From positions 1 through 63,600 of the IMG/VR virus record IMGVR_UViG_3300011430_000011: 63,600 bases of DNA; one strand, 5' to 3'. Positions 8,847 to 18,107 of the stretch are shown one piece after another. The notes under the pieces were generated by a model. It worked only from the letters and a program-made list of their open reading frames with translations. It made no database searches and had not been told where the DNA came from. Numbering within the stretch: the first letter of the stretch is position 1; each line of letters begins with the position of its first letter. The stretch comes from a virus. Lineage: Duplodnaviria > Caudoviricetes. The position numbers and the translations under genes were made by a program.

Positions 8847-9282
8847 TGGCTAGGAGAGCGATTTGGTACAGGAAGCCTCGGGGCGGTATGCGCCGTGTTC
8901 AAGAGATACCGTGCACGATTGAGAAGGTAATCGGAGACCACACCCAAATCAGAGTATTCTCTTGGCGTGGTCGACCGCGCTACGAAATCGTCAAGTCTAA
9001 AAACGTCAAGGAGGTTTGATGCCCACCTATGAGATAGTTATCGGAGCATACGCTGAAGGCACAATGGTGATCGATGCCGAAAGTGAAGCCGAGGCTCGGC
9101 AGATAGCAGAAGACGACGGGATTGAAATCTCTGAAGTCTCAGAACTAAGAGACTTCGAGATCATCAGCATCAAGGAGGACTGATGGCTGAGTACGAAGCA
9201 ATACTTGAACGTGTTCGAGTCTTGCTGGCCAAAGCCGCTAGCACCGAGGTCCCTGGACAGCGCAGGAGAACGGTAGAAACTG

Positions 9283-9549
9283 ATGGGTGAGACACGCGAT
9301 CCGAAGCTTGGAAACTGGGTGGTCTTTGAAGGCGAAGAGAACTGTACTCAGATGACTTACCGTGAGGCATCTCGAGGAAGTTTGTCAATCAACGAGCCAA
9401 TCACTTGGCCGATTACCTTCCGTGTGCATAGGATCAATGGTGACCGCACGATGGAGGCTGTCGACATCATCGTTGATGAAGAGCTCGATGCCAAGATTGA
9501 ATACGGCATCTACGATATGAGGAAGAACAAGAAAATACCAGATCGATGA
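9283..9549 (+). CDS. Hypothetical protein
   Basis: End of a chain of TGATG-coupled small ORFs (8846, 9019, 9183, 9283). Confidence 0.6.
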   Translation: MGETRDPKLGNWVVFEGEENCTQMTYREASRGSLSINEPITWPITFRVHRINGDRTMEAVDIIVDEELDAKIEYGIYDMRKNKKIPDR

Positions 9550-9614
9550 CGGAAGGGTCTCCAGGCCAGAAACTATTTCTGGCGAAATCAGATTTCTAAG
9601 AAAGGAGTCCAGCT

Positions 9615-9863
9615 ATGACAACTGAAGACTGGCTCTTCCTGGCAGGGATAGCATGCTTGATCGTTGCCGCTGTCTATATGCTCGGGAGCTTTATCAGCTC
9701 GCTGCTCAACACGAGAGCTGAGTTGATTGCTGCCGAGAATAAGGAGCGTGGTGAGCTACAAGGAGAAATTCGCAAGTGCATTCTTCGAGCCTGTCGTGGT
9801 GACTTATCTGCAAGTGAAGAACTACCAGGTCTCTTGGCTGTGTATCGCTGGGACGGAAGGTGA
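9615..9863 (+). CDS. Membrane protein
   Basis: AAAGGAG RBS; N-terminal hydrophobic helix. Confidence 0.7.
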   Translation: MTTEDWLFLAGIACLIVAAVYMLGSFISSLLNTRAELIAAENKERGELQGEIRKCILRACRGDLSASEELPGLLAVYRWDGR

Positions 9864-10141
9864 GTTTTCCACAGCACATGGGTGCTTCAGAACCGCAACC
9901 ACAATCGTTGCTAAAGGACTACGACATCATTGCCCGCGATTACGTTGTTGACGAGGAGGGCAACTACTCGAGGCTGCAAGTACAGTGTCCTAGCTGCGAC
10001 GGGATCTTCTGGGTAGACGAAGACTGGTGGTGCCGAACTGTCTACTCAGTCATCAAAAAGGATCTTGTGCTCATCGGTCGCTCTTGCTGCTACTGCTACA
10101 AGACCGCCAAGATTCCCGACAACTACAAGGAGACCATATGA
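9860..10141 (+). CDS. Zn-finger protein
   Basis: CPSC...CCYC. Confidence 0.65.
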   Translation: MSFPQHMGASEPQPQSLLKDYDIIARDYVVDEEGNYSRLQVQCPSCDGIFWVDEDWWCRTVYSVIKKDLVLIGRSCCYCYKTAKIPDNYKETI

Positions 10142-10353
10142 TCAAGCTGACGAAGCATGTGGAGGTATTTGTTGAGCCTCTCAATGAACCAGAAGTGATT
10201 GGTATTCGTTTGCCCGATGGCTGTGTTTTGTCGATCGAGATGATCGATGATGATGAGATCGGGATATTTCATCAGTATTCTGATGAAGGAAAACTCTGTC
10301 TATGGTCTTCTACTATAGAGAGACACAGAAAGAGAGAAAATGCGACTGACTAG
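10138..10353 (+). CDS. Hypothetical protein
   Basis: AAGGAG RBS; ATGA overlap. Confidence 0.6.
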   Translation: MIKLTKHVEVFVEPLNEPEVIGIRLPDGCVLSIEMIDDDEIGIFHQYSDEGKLCLWSSTIERHRKRENATD

Positions 10354-10488
10354 CCTCCTATTCAAAATGGCGAGGGTAAGCGCTGACGCCAACGCGATCA
10401 GACGTGGTCCCGCAGCTGTCGCCAAGCGTGCCATCCGCAAGGGCAAGATCAGAGGTCTCGCCCGCACAAACTTCTTCAGAAATCCCAA

Positions 10489-12387
10489 GTGACTGAGTTC
10501 AGAGGGATCTATGCTGAGCTCGACAAGAGCGAGCGGAGGATCCTTATTGAGATGCCGTACAGTGCCGGAGATACTCGAGCAATCAAGGCTGTGCCCGGTA
10601 GCAGCTGGCGCAAGAAGAGTGCTGTCTGGTCGGTTCCTGCTGAGCTAGAGACTGGTCGGCTGCTGCGAAGACTGTACGGTAGCAGGCTGGTGGTCGGTCC
10701 TCGCATGCTAGCCTGGGGCAAGCTCGAGGCTACCAGGAGTAGAAATCTGTCAAAGATTTCTACAGCTGACGACTATCCACTAGAGCAGATGCGCACTCTT
10801 GATTTGCTGCCTAAGTTGGCTGAATCTCTGTGGCCGCATCAAAGAGCCGATGCCGTTTTTATGTCAAAAACGTCGTGCATCAATGCCAACGAACAGGGGA
10901 CGGGAAAAACACGCGATGTGCTTGCAGCCGTCTACGAAGGCGAGCGCGAGCACATGCCGCAGTTGATCCTATCACCGACCAAGGCCATCGAAGCTACTTG
11001 GGCTGCCGAGCTTGAGCAGTTCATAACTGTTCCCGTACTTGCTCACGAAGAGCTCAAGGACCGTGTCAAGGATGTGGTCGAAGCCTGGCGGCTCTACGAA
11101 GCAGGAGAACCATTCTGGCTAGTCATCAACAAGGATATGGTTCGCTTCGAAGCTGAGTACGAGATGAGATATAGCGAGGCGAAGGGCAAAAAGGTTAGAA
11201 TCGAAACGAATGTTTACGACAAGTATCCAGAGTTATTTGAAATTCTCTGGGGAACTGTAACTGTAGATGAGTTCCACAAGGTTGGACTCTCTAATCTCAA
11301 GACACTAGGTGCTCGAGCTATCGCTTCGCTAGAGCACGAGCGGCTCTACTTCATGTCAGGTACTCCGATGGGTGGTAAAGAGACTAACCTGTTTGGTCCG
11401 TTGCGCTTGCTTGATTCGAAAAACTTTACCAACAAGTCTCGCTGGGAGAACACCTGGCTTGATACTGAGGTCGACTGGGCTGGGTTCAGGAGGGTGGGCG
11501 GTATCAAGAAGGGCAAGGAGCAAGATTTCTATCGCCACCTTGCACCTTACATGGTCAGACGACTCAAGCTCGAGGTCTTTCCAGATCTACCTCCCAAGGA
11601 ATATGAGGATGTCTGGTGCAAGATGACACCCAGGCAGAGAATTCAATATGAATCCTTTGCTCGTGATGCTGAGGTCAAGATTGAAGAGCACCATCTCAAT
11701 GCGACCAACGCATTAGCCGAGTACGCCAGGTTACGCTTCTTCGCAACCGCTCTTTGTCGGGTAGAAGGCAAGGATGTCCCCTGCAAAGAGTGTGAAGGCA
11801 CCGGAGAAGTCAGAGGATACGAGTGCTACGAGTGCATTGGCACTGGAACTATTGAGAAACTCAAACTGTTCCCGACTGAGGACTCTGGCAAGCTACCGTA
11901 CTTGATGGCCAAGCTCGAAGAGTTCGGAGTCGAGCCAGGACAGCACGAACTAAAGGCTCTCATCGGTAGCCAACACAGAGAGACTGTAAATATGGTTTCT
12001 CGATGTCTAGAAGAGAAGGGTTACATAGTCAAGACCATTCTTGGTGGTAGTAAGGAGCCAACTAGAGACATTGTCTCTAGTTTCCAAAGTACCAAGAAGG
12101 GTACTCCTCAGCTTGTGGTGGCTACCTACGGTGCGGGAGGAGTAAGTCTCACACTAGATCGAGCTGATTCAGTTCACCTGCTCGATGAGACATACATTCC
12201 TGATGAGCCTGAACAGTTCGAAGACCGAGCCCACCGTGGCAGCAGGATCCATCGTGTTCGTTGCTGTTACTACCGCAGTCGAAACACAGTAGATGAGGAC
12301 ATCAAAGAGCTGAACGATGAGAAGGGTTTCAGAAACTGGAATATCCTTGACCTACGACGCAAGATGATGAAGAGAGAGGAACAGTGA
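10489..12387 (+). CDS. SNF2-family (SF2) helicase with Zn-finger insert
   Basis: QGTGKT, DEFH, SGTP, MVRRLK, Q.EDRAHR motifs; CKECEGTG/CYECIGTG insert. Confidence 0.92.
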   Translation: MTEFRGIYAELDKSERRILIEMPYSAGDTRAIKAVPGSSWRKKSAVWSVPAELETGRLLRRLYGSRLVVGPRMLAWGKLEATRSRNLSKISTADDYPLEQMRTLDLLPKLAESLWPHQRADAVFMSKTSCINANEQGTGKTRDVLAAVYEGEREHMPQLILSPTKAIEATWAAELEQFITVPVLAHEELKDRVKDVVEAWRLYEAGEPFWLVINKDMVRFEAEYEMRYSEAKGKKVRIETNVYDKYPELFEILWGTVTVDEFHKVGLSNLKTLGARAIASLEHERLYFMSGTPMGGKETNLFGPLRLLDSKNFTNKSRWENTWLDTEVDWAGFRRVGGIKKGKEQDFYRHLAPYMVRRLKLEVFPDLPPKEYEDVWCKMTPRQRIQYESFARDAEVKIEEHHLNATNALAEYARLRFFATALCRVEGKDVPCKECEGTGEVRGYECYECIGTGTIEKLKLFPTEDSGKLPYLMAKLEEFGVEPGQHELKALIGSQHRETVNMVSRCLEEKGYIVKTILGGSKEPTRDIVSSFQSTKKGTPQLVVATYGAGGVSLTLDRADSVHLLDETYIPDEPEQFEDRAHRGSRIHRVRCCYYRSRNTVDEDIKELNDEKGFRNWNILDLRRKMMKREEQ

Positions 12388-12596
12388 TGGCCAAAATCAA
12401 AGAACGCATTCAATGGGGGAGCAAAGTCAGAGTCATAGACTCTGGCTTGATCATGTTCGTTGCTGCTGATCACATCGGGATGAAAGCTCCCTACTTTCTC
12501 CACGAATATCACCCGAGCCAGACGACAGCTCTTCAACGTACAGGAGAACTGAAGGGACCGTTTACACAAGAAGAGATTGAACTGGTGACCGAGTGA
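12384..12596 (+). CDS. Hypothetical protein
   Basis: Coupled ORF. Confidence 0.6.
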   Translation: MMAKIKERIQWGSKVRVIDSGLIMFVAADHIGMKAPYFLHEYHPSQTTALQRTGELKGPFTQEEIELVTE

Positions 12597-12778
12597 AAGT
12601 TTGGGCAGTAATCTTGACAGTCATTCTTCTCTTTACAGGAGATGTGTACGGCTTCGATACAGTAGGAATAATCCTGTTGTGTCTAGTTGCAGGAGCAGTG
12701 CTAGTGGGTATTGCTCAAGGTATCGTCTACTTCATAAGGGAGCACCGTGCCGAAAGTTCACAAAGTTCGGAAGAGTAG
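12593..12778 (+). CDS. Small two-TM membrane protein
   Basis: Two hydrophobic stretches. Confidence 0.65.
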   Translation: MKVWAVILTVILLFTGDVYGFDTVGIILLCLVAGAVLVGIAQGIVYFIREHRAESSQSSEE

Positions 12779-13271
12779 TGCAGGTAAAGAGTACATCTGC
12801 GTCAAGTGTCGCAAGCCAATCGTTGCTGGTCAAGAGTATTTCCACTGGACCAAATATCGTTCGGCTACTCAACAGCAACATGTAGATTGCGGATATCCTC
12901 GTCGTAGTCAGCTCAGCAACTCCAAGATGGGTCCTCTTTGGGATGAGGTTGATGCCTTCACTCCCGATGGCCATGAATCTGCAGACGATCTTCAGTCTGC
13001 TCTTGCAGACATCGCTAACGTAGCCAACGATGTGGCAGCCGAGTACAGTGAGGCAGCAGACAACATCGAGTCAGCTTCTGGCAGCGGAGCTCTCACTTCA
13101 GAAGCTTGTCGCACTGTAGCTGAGGAACTCGAGTCATGGGCCAGTGACCTCGAGAACTGGGAACCAACTGCCGATACAGAAGAAGGTGCAAAGCCTGTAG
13201 ATGACTGGTTGCAGGAGGTCCGTGAAGAGGCTTCCGAACTTGTCGGTAACTGTCCAGAGTATCAAGGATGA
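12747..13271 (+). CDS. Zn-finger plus acidic helical protein
   Basis: CVKC...HVDC; AAGGGAG RBS. Confidence 0.75.
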   Translation: MPKVHKVRKSSAGKEYICVKCRKPIVAGQEYFHWTKYRSATQQQHVDCGYPRRSQLSNSKMGPLWDEVDAFTPDGHESADDLQSALADIANVANDVAAEYSEAADNIESASGSGALTSEACRTVAEELESWASDLENWEPTADTEEGAKPVDDWLQEVREEASELVGNCPEYQG

Positions 13272-13281
13272 GGGGGCAATC

Positions 13282-13509
13282 ATGGCACTAAAAGAGTCAG
13301 GCAAACCACACATCGTCGATGAACTACGAGAAGAGATGGCAATCCATGCAAACAGAATAGAGACCTGGAGAGCATTCTCAAGCACTCATGGCGGTGGGCG
13401 GACAGAGTCGATGATCACTAGGTGTCTAGAAGATGCCGGACTGTATATGCTAAAGCTCGAGGCCGAGTATTGTGGCAGCACTCTTGAGGATGGACTGCGA
13501 GGGGTCTGA
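13282..13509 (+). CDS. Hypothetical protein
   Basis: GAGGGGG RBS. Confidence 0.6.
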   Translation: MALKESGKPHIVDELREEMAIHANRIETWRAFSSTHGGGRTESMITRCLEDAGLYMLKLEAEYCGSTLEDGLRGV

Positions 13510-13706
13510 TGGGAGAGAAAACCGAGCTGATTTCGAAGTGGAAGACAGCCAAGAAAGAGCGTCGCCGTCGCTCTTGGAAGTGCTTCTGGACTTGGCCTTG
13601 GGGCCACTTGTGGAAGTTAAATCGTTACAGGGCTCGCTGGGAGTGTCTCAATTGCGACAAGACCGCTGACACCATTTGGGGGAGGAATATCTCTGATGCC
13701 TCGTAA
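13509..13706 (+). CDS. Small Cys/His/Trp protein
   Basis: C...GH.W...CLNC. Confidence 0.6.
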   Translation: MGEKTELISKWKTAKKERRRRSWKCFWTWPWGHLWKLNRYRARWECLNCDKTADTIWGRNISDAS

Positions 13707-13959
13707 ACGTCCATCAAAGAAGACTCCGACTTATGAATCAGTCTCTACTCAATTCGATGATCAGGACAGACAGACCTCCGAGATGTCCATCGCTATTTGT
13801 GAGCGCTTCGGCAACGCCTTGTTCTACACAGGACTCGCAGTGATGAGGTCAATCGCTACAGGACATACAGACATCGAAGAACACGAGCTAGCCATGGGTC
13901 AGTGGAACTTGTTAGGCAAGCAGCTTGTAACATTCGTCTACGAGACGGGAGATCAGTGA
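13696..13959 (+). CDS. Hypothetical protein
   Basis: GGAGG RBS. Confidence 0.65.
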   Translation: MPRKRPSKKTPTYESVSTQFDDQDRQTSEMSIAICERFGNALFYTGLAVMRSIATGHTDIEEHELAMGQWNLLGKQLVTFVYETGDQ

Positions 13960-13984
13960 TGAGTGGTCCGTTCAGAGAGTTCTC

Positions 13985-14590
13985 ATGAACGAACGTACAG
14001 ATGTTGAATCGTGGGAGCAGTACGCGAAAAGACTTGAGTGTCGTATCAAGGAACAACGTGATCACATCATATCTTTGCAGGAACTTCGCAAGCCAGGAGA
14101 CAAGGTTGCGAGAAAAAAGCTAGAGACCACTGAACGTGCACTAGGAAAGATGACCCGTCGATGGCAGAACGAGGTTGACAACCGCGATGCGCTTCTGAAC
14201 GACCGCGACCGGCTCGCCGCCGAGCTAGCCGAGGCTGAGCGTTATGCCACGCTAGACCCTGGCATCGACTGGCCCAGCGACCGCAACGACTCAGCAGTGG
14301 ACGCCATCCTCGCTGCGTTCGATGACGAGCGAGACTCGGCTGTGCGGCAGGCCGCCACGCTTAGAGCAGCGCTGCCCGAGGATACGCCCGAACTTCGCCA
14401 CTGGCTTGGTTCGCAAGACGTGATCGGCACCAAGACGACGGCGCAGATTGCTCGCTTCGTGCACACAGGGCTACACGCCCGCGCTGCCCTTGCTGCCGCT
14501 GACAGTGAGGCGACCACATGCTCTACCTGTGGTGCGACTCCGGAAACCGGCCTGACTCGCGACTGCCCTGAGTGCTGGGGTGCTTCGTGA
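13985..14590 (+). CDS. Mosaic coiled-coil protein with C-terminal Zn ribbon
   Basis: Heptads; CSTC...CPEC. Confidence 0.7.
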   Translation: MNERTDVESWEQYAKRLECRIKEQRDHIISLQELRKPGDKVARKKLETTERALGKMTRRWQNEVDNRDALLNDRDRLAAELAEAERYATLDPGIDWPSDRNDSAVDAILAAFDDERDSAVRQAATLRAALPEDTPELRHWLGSQDVIGTKTTAQIARFVHTGLHARAALAAADSEATTCSTCGATPETGLTRDCPECWGAS

Positions 14591-14663
14591 GCAGTTGGGA
14601 TAAGGCCCAGGCTGCCATCTTCGTAGCGATCTTCTTCTTTCTGTGGCGACTTTGGAGATCACC

Positions 14664-15221
14664 ATGACTTCGCGGCCGGAACAGACACACAGCGAGACGG
14701 CCGAACGCCTACGCGACAACGCCGACCTATCCGAAAAGGCGCTTCCGTTCTACGACGACAACGAGTTCGCGGACGAGACAAGTGAGGACATCCTCCTGTG
14801 GAGGACTGCCGCCGATGCGCTCGACGCGCTTGAGGCGCGGCTGGAACGCGCAGAGAAGGAGCGCGATGATGAGCGCGTCCGGGCCAACACGTTTCTGGAT
14901 GTCGCACATCACCACAAGGAGAGAAGGGAACGCGCAGAGACAGCGCTACGGGAGGTTGTTGGATTAGATCATCGACACCTGTCGTATCCCGAAGCGGTTA
15001 CCTCCATGAAGGACATTGCCCGCGCCTACTTCGCTGCCGGGGTTGATGCCGAGAGGCTTCAGTTCAATCCGGGGCCGTTGGAAGTCGTAGAGCGCCGCGA
15101 CAACGTGACGGCGGTGCAGTACATCCTCGGGCGCTCGCGTGAGGATCGCCTGCGCGTATGGCTCGCGCTCGGCGGCACGGAAGCCGACTTCCCGGTTGCT
15201 GCCGAGAGGACACCAGAATGA
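14664..15221 (+). CDS. Mosaic coiled-coil hypothetical protein
   Basis: GGAG RBS; GC-rich ORF. Confidence 0.7.
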   Translation: MTSRPEQTHSETAERLRDNADLSEKALPFYDDNEFADETSEDILLWRTAADALDALEARLERAEKERDDERVRANTFLDVAHHHKERRERAETALREVVGLDHRHLSYPEAVTSMKDIARAYFAAGVDAERLQFNPGPLEVVERRDNVTAVQYILGRSREDRLRVWLALGGTEADFPVAAERTPE

Positions 15222-15763
15222 GTGTTGTCTGTATTTGGGCACTTGATCCAGGACACCACTCAGCTATCGCCCAGGGTAGGGTGTGGGAAGAAGGTTCAGT
15301 AATTGAACGACTGAAGGGTGTTCAAATGTTCGAAAGTGAGACCTTTGAGGGTGACGAGATCGAACAGATGCGAAAGCTACATCGATCCTGGCAAGATTTC
15401 CAGTTCAGGTGCCGAAAGGCAGGATTACCTTATGAGATGGTGATAGAGAACTTCACATTAACTCGGATCAAAAGTTCAGAGCGTGAAGGGCTGAGCCCAG
15501 TAAGGGTCACAGCTGCATTCCTGGGTTACAGACACGGTCTGGCTGACGCTTACAACCGTGCTGGCTTCGGTCCCAGCCGAGTGGCGTCACCAATATTTCA
15601 AGAACCGTCAGCAGCGATGACACATGCTACTGACAAACGTCTGAAAGAATGGGATCTTTGGCTACCCGGTTCTGCCAAGGAGCATGAGCGAGACGCCATC
15701 AGACACTTCTGTCTGAGGGTAGCCAAGAGAGCTCAACGCACGTATGTCCGCGAGCCTAGTTAG
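15218..15763 (+). CDS. RuvC-like Holliday junction resolvase
   Basis: WALDPG, VIENF, HERDA acidic motifs. Confidence 0.8.
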   Translation: MSVVCIWALDPGHHSAIAQGRVWEEGSVIERLKGVQMFESETFEGDEIEQMRKLHRSWQDFQFRCRKAGLPYEMVIENFTLTRIKSSEREGLSPVRVTAAFLGYRHGLADAYNRAGFGPSRVASPIFQEPSAAMTHATDKRLKEWDLWLPGSAKEHERDAIRHFCLRVAKRAQRTYVREPS

Positions 15764-16027
15764 TAGTTCGTGTTGCTCCCGCGAGCGCATATACGCGCGC
15801 GAGAGAAGATTGTTAATCACTCGAGCCGTTCATGCGCGCGCGCGAGGGCATTCGAAGTTATGCGTGATTGCTCGAAGTATCAAGCACAGCGGCACGCAGC
15901 GGTCAGCCCCGGTACATAACAGCATGTAACGGTTTAATAGACTCTTTTCACTGGCTAGCGCGACTGTTTATTGTACGCTAGCGTAAGCAACGGCTCTACA
16001 AAATCAAACTACAAAAGGAGCTTTGTG

Positions 16028-16618
16028 ATGAATCGTGAAGTGTATAGTCGGCTCGTCGAGCAGGGCAAGAGACTGATAACTAAAGAGTTTGCACTTCAGT
16101 GGGAGTGGGGAGATCTTGCTTTGAGAGTCGCTCCTATTGTAAGTAAACCGACAAGCCAGAAGGGTATAGCAAATGTCAAGCTTGACTCTACTCTGTCTCT
16201 GGAGAGATGGTTGCTTGACATCGGATACGAGGGAGCTTTCAGAACCATCAGAGAGTATCGCTCAACGTCTTTTGCCTGGCCGAAAGACAAGAGGGTGAAA
16301 GGGGCAAGCTGGAAGGCACACAATATTATTGTGTCTGACAGGAAGAGATTTGAGATTCTCAAGCCAGGCATGACTGTCAATGACACTCTCATTGCAGCCT
16401 CCAGACGACCGAATGCAAATCAACAAGGAACTCATGATGAAGCCTGGGAGTACATTAACGGAGCAGCTCGACTTCTAAAGAGAGCTGCTGTTGTGATCAG
16501 AAATGATCCTGATCTCGATGGTAAAACACTAAGAAAGATTTCAGAGTCCTGTGGCAAAGTGGCTGACGGTCTTGACCTTGTCTATGAAGCAGCTCAGATT
16601 GAGGTTTCGATCGATTAG
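16028..16618 (+). CDS. Hypothetical DNA-binding protein (QWEWGD..SWKAH; LmbU/DUF6192-like pattern)
   Basis: AAAGGAG RBS; motif resemblance only. Confidence 0.6.
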   Translation: MNREVYSRLVEQGKRLITKEFALQWEWGDLALRVAPIVSKPTSQKGIANVKLDSTLSLERWLLDIGYEGAFRTIREYRSTSFAWPKDKRVKGASWKAHNIIVSDRKRFEILKPGMTVNDTLIAASRRPNANQQGTHDEAWEYINGAARLLKRAAVVIRNDPDLDGKTLRKISESCGKVADGLDLVYEAAQIEVSID

Positions 16619-16633
16619 TAACTTCGAAACTAA

Positions 16634-16661
16634 TTGAGCAATCTTCGAGCTATGTTAGGCT
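16634..16661 (+). promoter_or_regulatory. Putative sigma70-type promoter for recombination/replication genes
   Basis: TTGAGC-16 nt-TAGGCT, followed by hairpin 16688-16746. Confidence 0.4.
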
Positions 16662-16768
16662 GGCGCTGGGCTAGGGTGCGCTTGCGCCGCTGATGCCTCC
16701 GTTGATGATCCAAGTCGCGCGGCATGGGGAGACGGAGGGATCAGCGAACTACAACAGAGAGGCTACGA

Positions 16769-17800
16769 ATGAGCGCCAAGTCTACTCCGTACATCTCGTC
16801 GTCCGAAAGATCCGCATTTCGTTCATGTAGGTATCGCTGGTACTGGCTCTACATGAGACGACTAAAGAGCAAGACAAATGCTCCCCCTCTAAGATTCGGG
16901 TCACTGATTCACAAAGCGTTCGAAGGGTACTATAAGCCAGGGATTAAACGTGGCCCTAGTCCTACGTTGCTCTTTGAGAAAGCATACGAGTCTGAACTAA
17001 AAGAGCAGTCAGCCATAGGCTTTAGAGATGAGGACGGTACATGGAACGATGCAGGCGAGCTCGGTGTTGCCATGCTCGACAGCTATGTGAACACCTACGG
17101 GAAAGATGACGAGTGGGAAGTTCTAGCTACTGAGCAACGCTTCGAAGCTCCTATCAAGTCAAGTCGAGGAACTGTCTTAGGTTGGTACGTCGGTGTAATT
17201 GATCTCATCATGAAGCACCGACCGACCAAGTCTATCGAGTTGTGGGACCACAAGGGTGTCAAGAGTATTGACACCGGGTACCTTACTCTAGACAGCCAGA
17301 AGTCAGGATACTGGACATACGGGGTCGATGCTCTCATCGCTAGTGGTGTTATCAAGAGTACTCTTGGACTACGAACAATGCGCTACAACTTCTTGCGTAA
17401 GGCTAAGCCCGATGAGCGCGAGTTCAGAGTAGGTGAGAAGGGACAGAAGATTTATCTGAATCAGAACGGAACCGACTCCAAGGTACAGCCTAGTGCTCAC
17501 TTTGTGAGACATCCCGTTCCGATGACAGACGCTGAACGAGGGCTTGAGCGAGAAATGGTCCTGGGCGAGCTCCGAGATATGACTCTCGTGAAGGCAGGTA
17601 AGCTCACTATATACAAGAATCCAGGCAAGTTCACTTGCATGTTCTGCGACGTCAAGGACATCTGTGAGATCCACCAGGTGGGTGGCGACCACGAAGAGAT
17701 GGCTCGTCTCATGCTTGTGCCCAAGAGGAAGTGGACTCCTCTGGCATACAAGGAAGAGGCCATTGAGCATGAGATTGAGGACAAAATGACAGGAGGGTGA
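16769..17800 (+). CDS. Cas4/RecB-like PD-(D/E)XK exonuclease
   Basis: C.YRW; FGSLIH; E..F; GVIDL...DHK; C-terminal CxxC-x5-C. Confidence 0.88.
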   Translation: MSAKSTPYISSSERSAFRSCRYRWYWLYMRRLKSKTNAPPLRFGSLIHKAFEGYYKPGIKRGPSPTLLFEKAYESELKEQSAIGFRDEDGTWNDAGELGVAMLDSYVNTYGKDDEWEVLATEQRFEAPIKSSRGTVLGWYVGVIDLIMKHRPTKSIELWDHKGVKSIDTGYLTLDSQKSGYWTYGVDALIASGVIKSTLGLRTMRYNFLRKAKPDEREFRVGEKGQKIYLNQNGTDSKVQPSAHFVRHPVPMTDAERGLEREMVLGELRDMTLVKAGKLTIYKNPGKFTCMFCDVKDICEIHQVGGDHEEMARLMLVPKRKWTPLAYKEEAIEHEIEDKMTGG

Positions 17801-17801
17801 C

Positions 17802-18107
17802 TTGAAGTACATCTGTGGGTGTGATCGAGAGAAGAACATCAACTACAGAATGGATCTAAGCTCGGACGGTAAGACCCTTACAAGCATGCGCAAAGATTCA
17901 GAGGGGTACGAGGTCTGCCCGCAGCACGGAGTGAGACTTATTGGATGGCCTCACTTCAAACGAAAGGATACCAATCTCACTCTAGATTTCTCCGGACGCG
18001 ATCTCAGAGACAATCGTGATCCAGAAGAAATAGGACTAGAGTTTCTAGCTGGTCGGAACGGACAAAAGGAGGGAGCATCGCCAAACCACCCGGAATCAGA
18101 CCGCTAA
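17802..18107 (+). CDS. Small Zn-binding hypothetical protein
   Basis: CGC...CPQH; GGAGG RBS, TTG start. Confidence 0.65.
   Translation: MKYICGCDREKNINYRMDLSSDGKTLTSMRKDSEGYEVCPQHGVRLIGWPHFKRKDTNLTLDFSGRDLRDNRDPEEIGLEFLAGRNGQKEGASPNHPESDR

Noticed and set aside
16769-17800. Cas4-like nuclease as part of a CRISPR system
   Set aside because: No repeat-spacer array or other cas genes; the context (Sak4-like ATPase, SSB) is a phage recombination module
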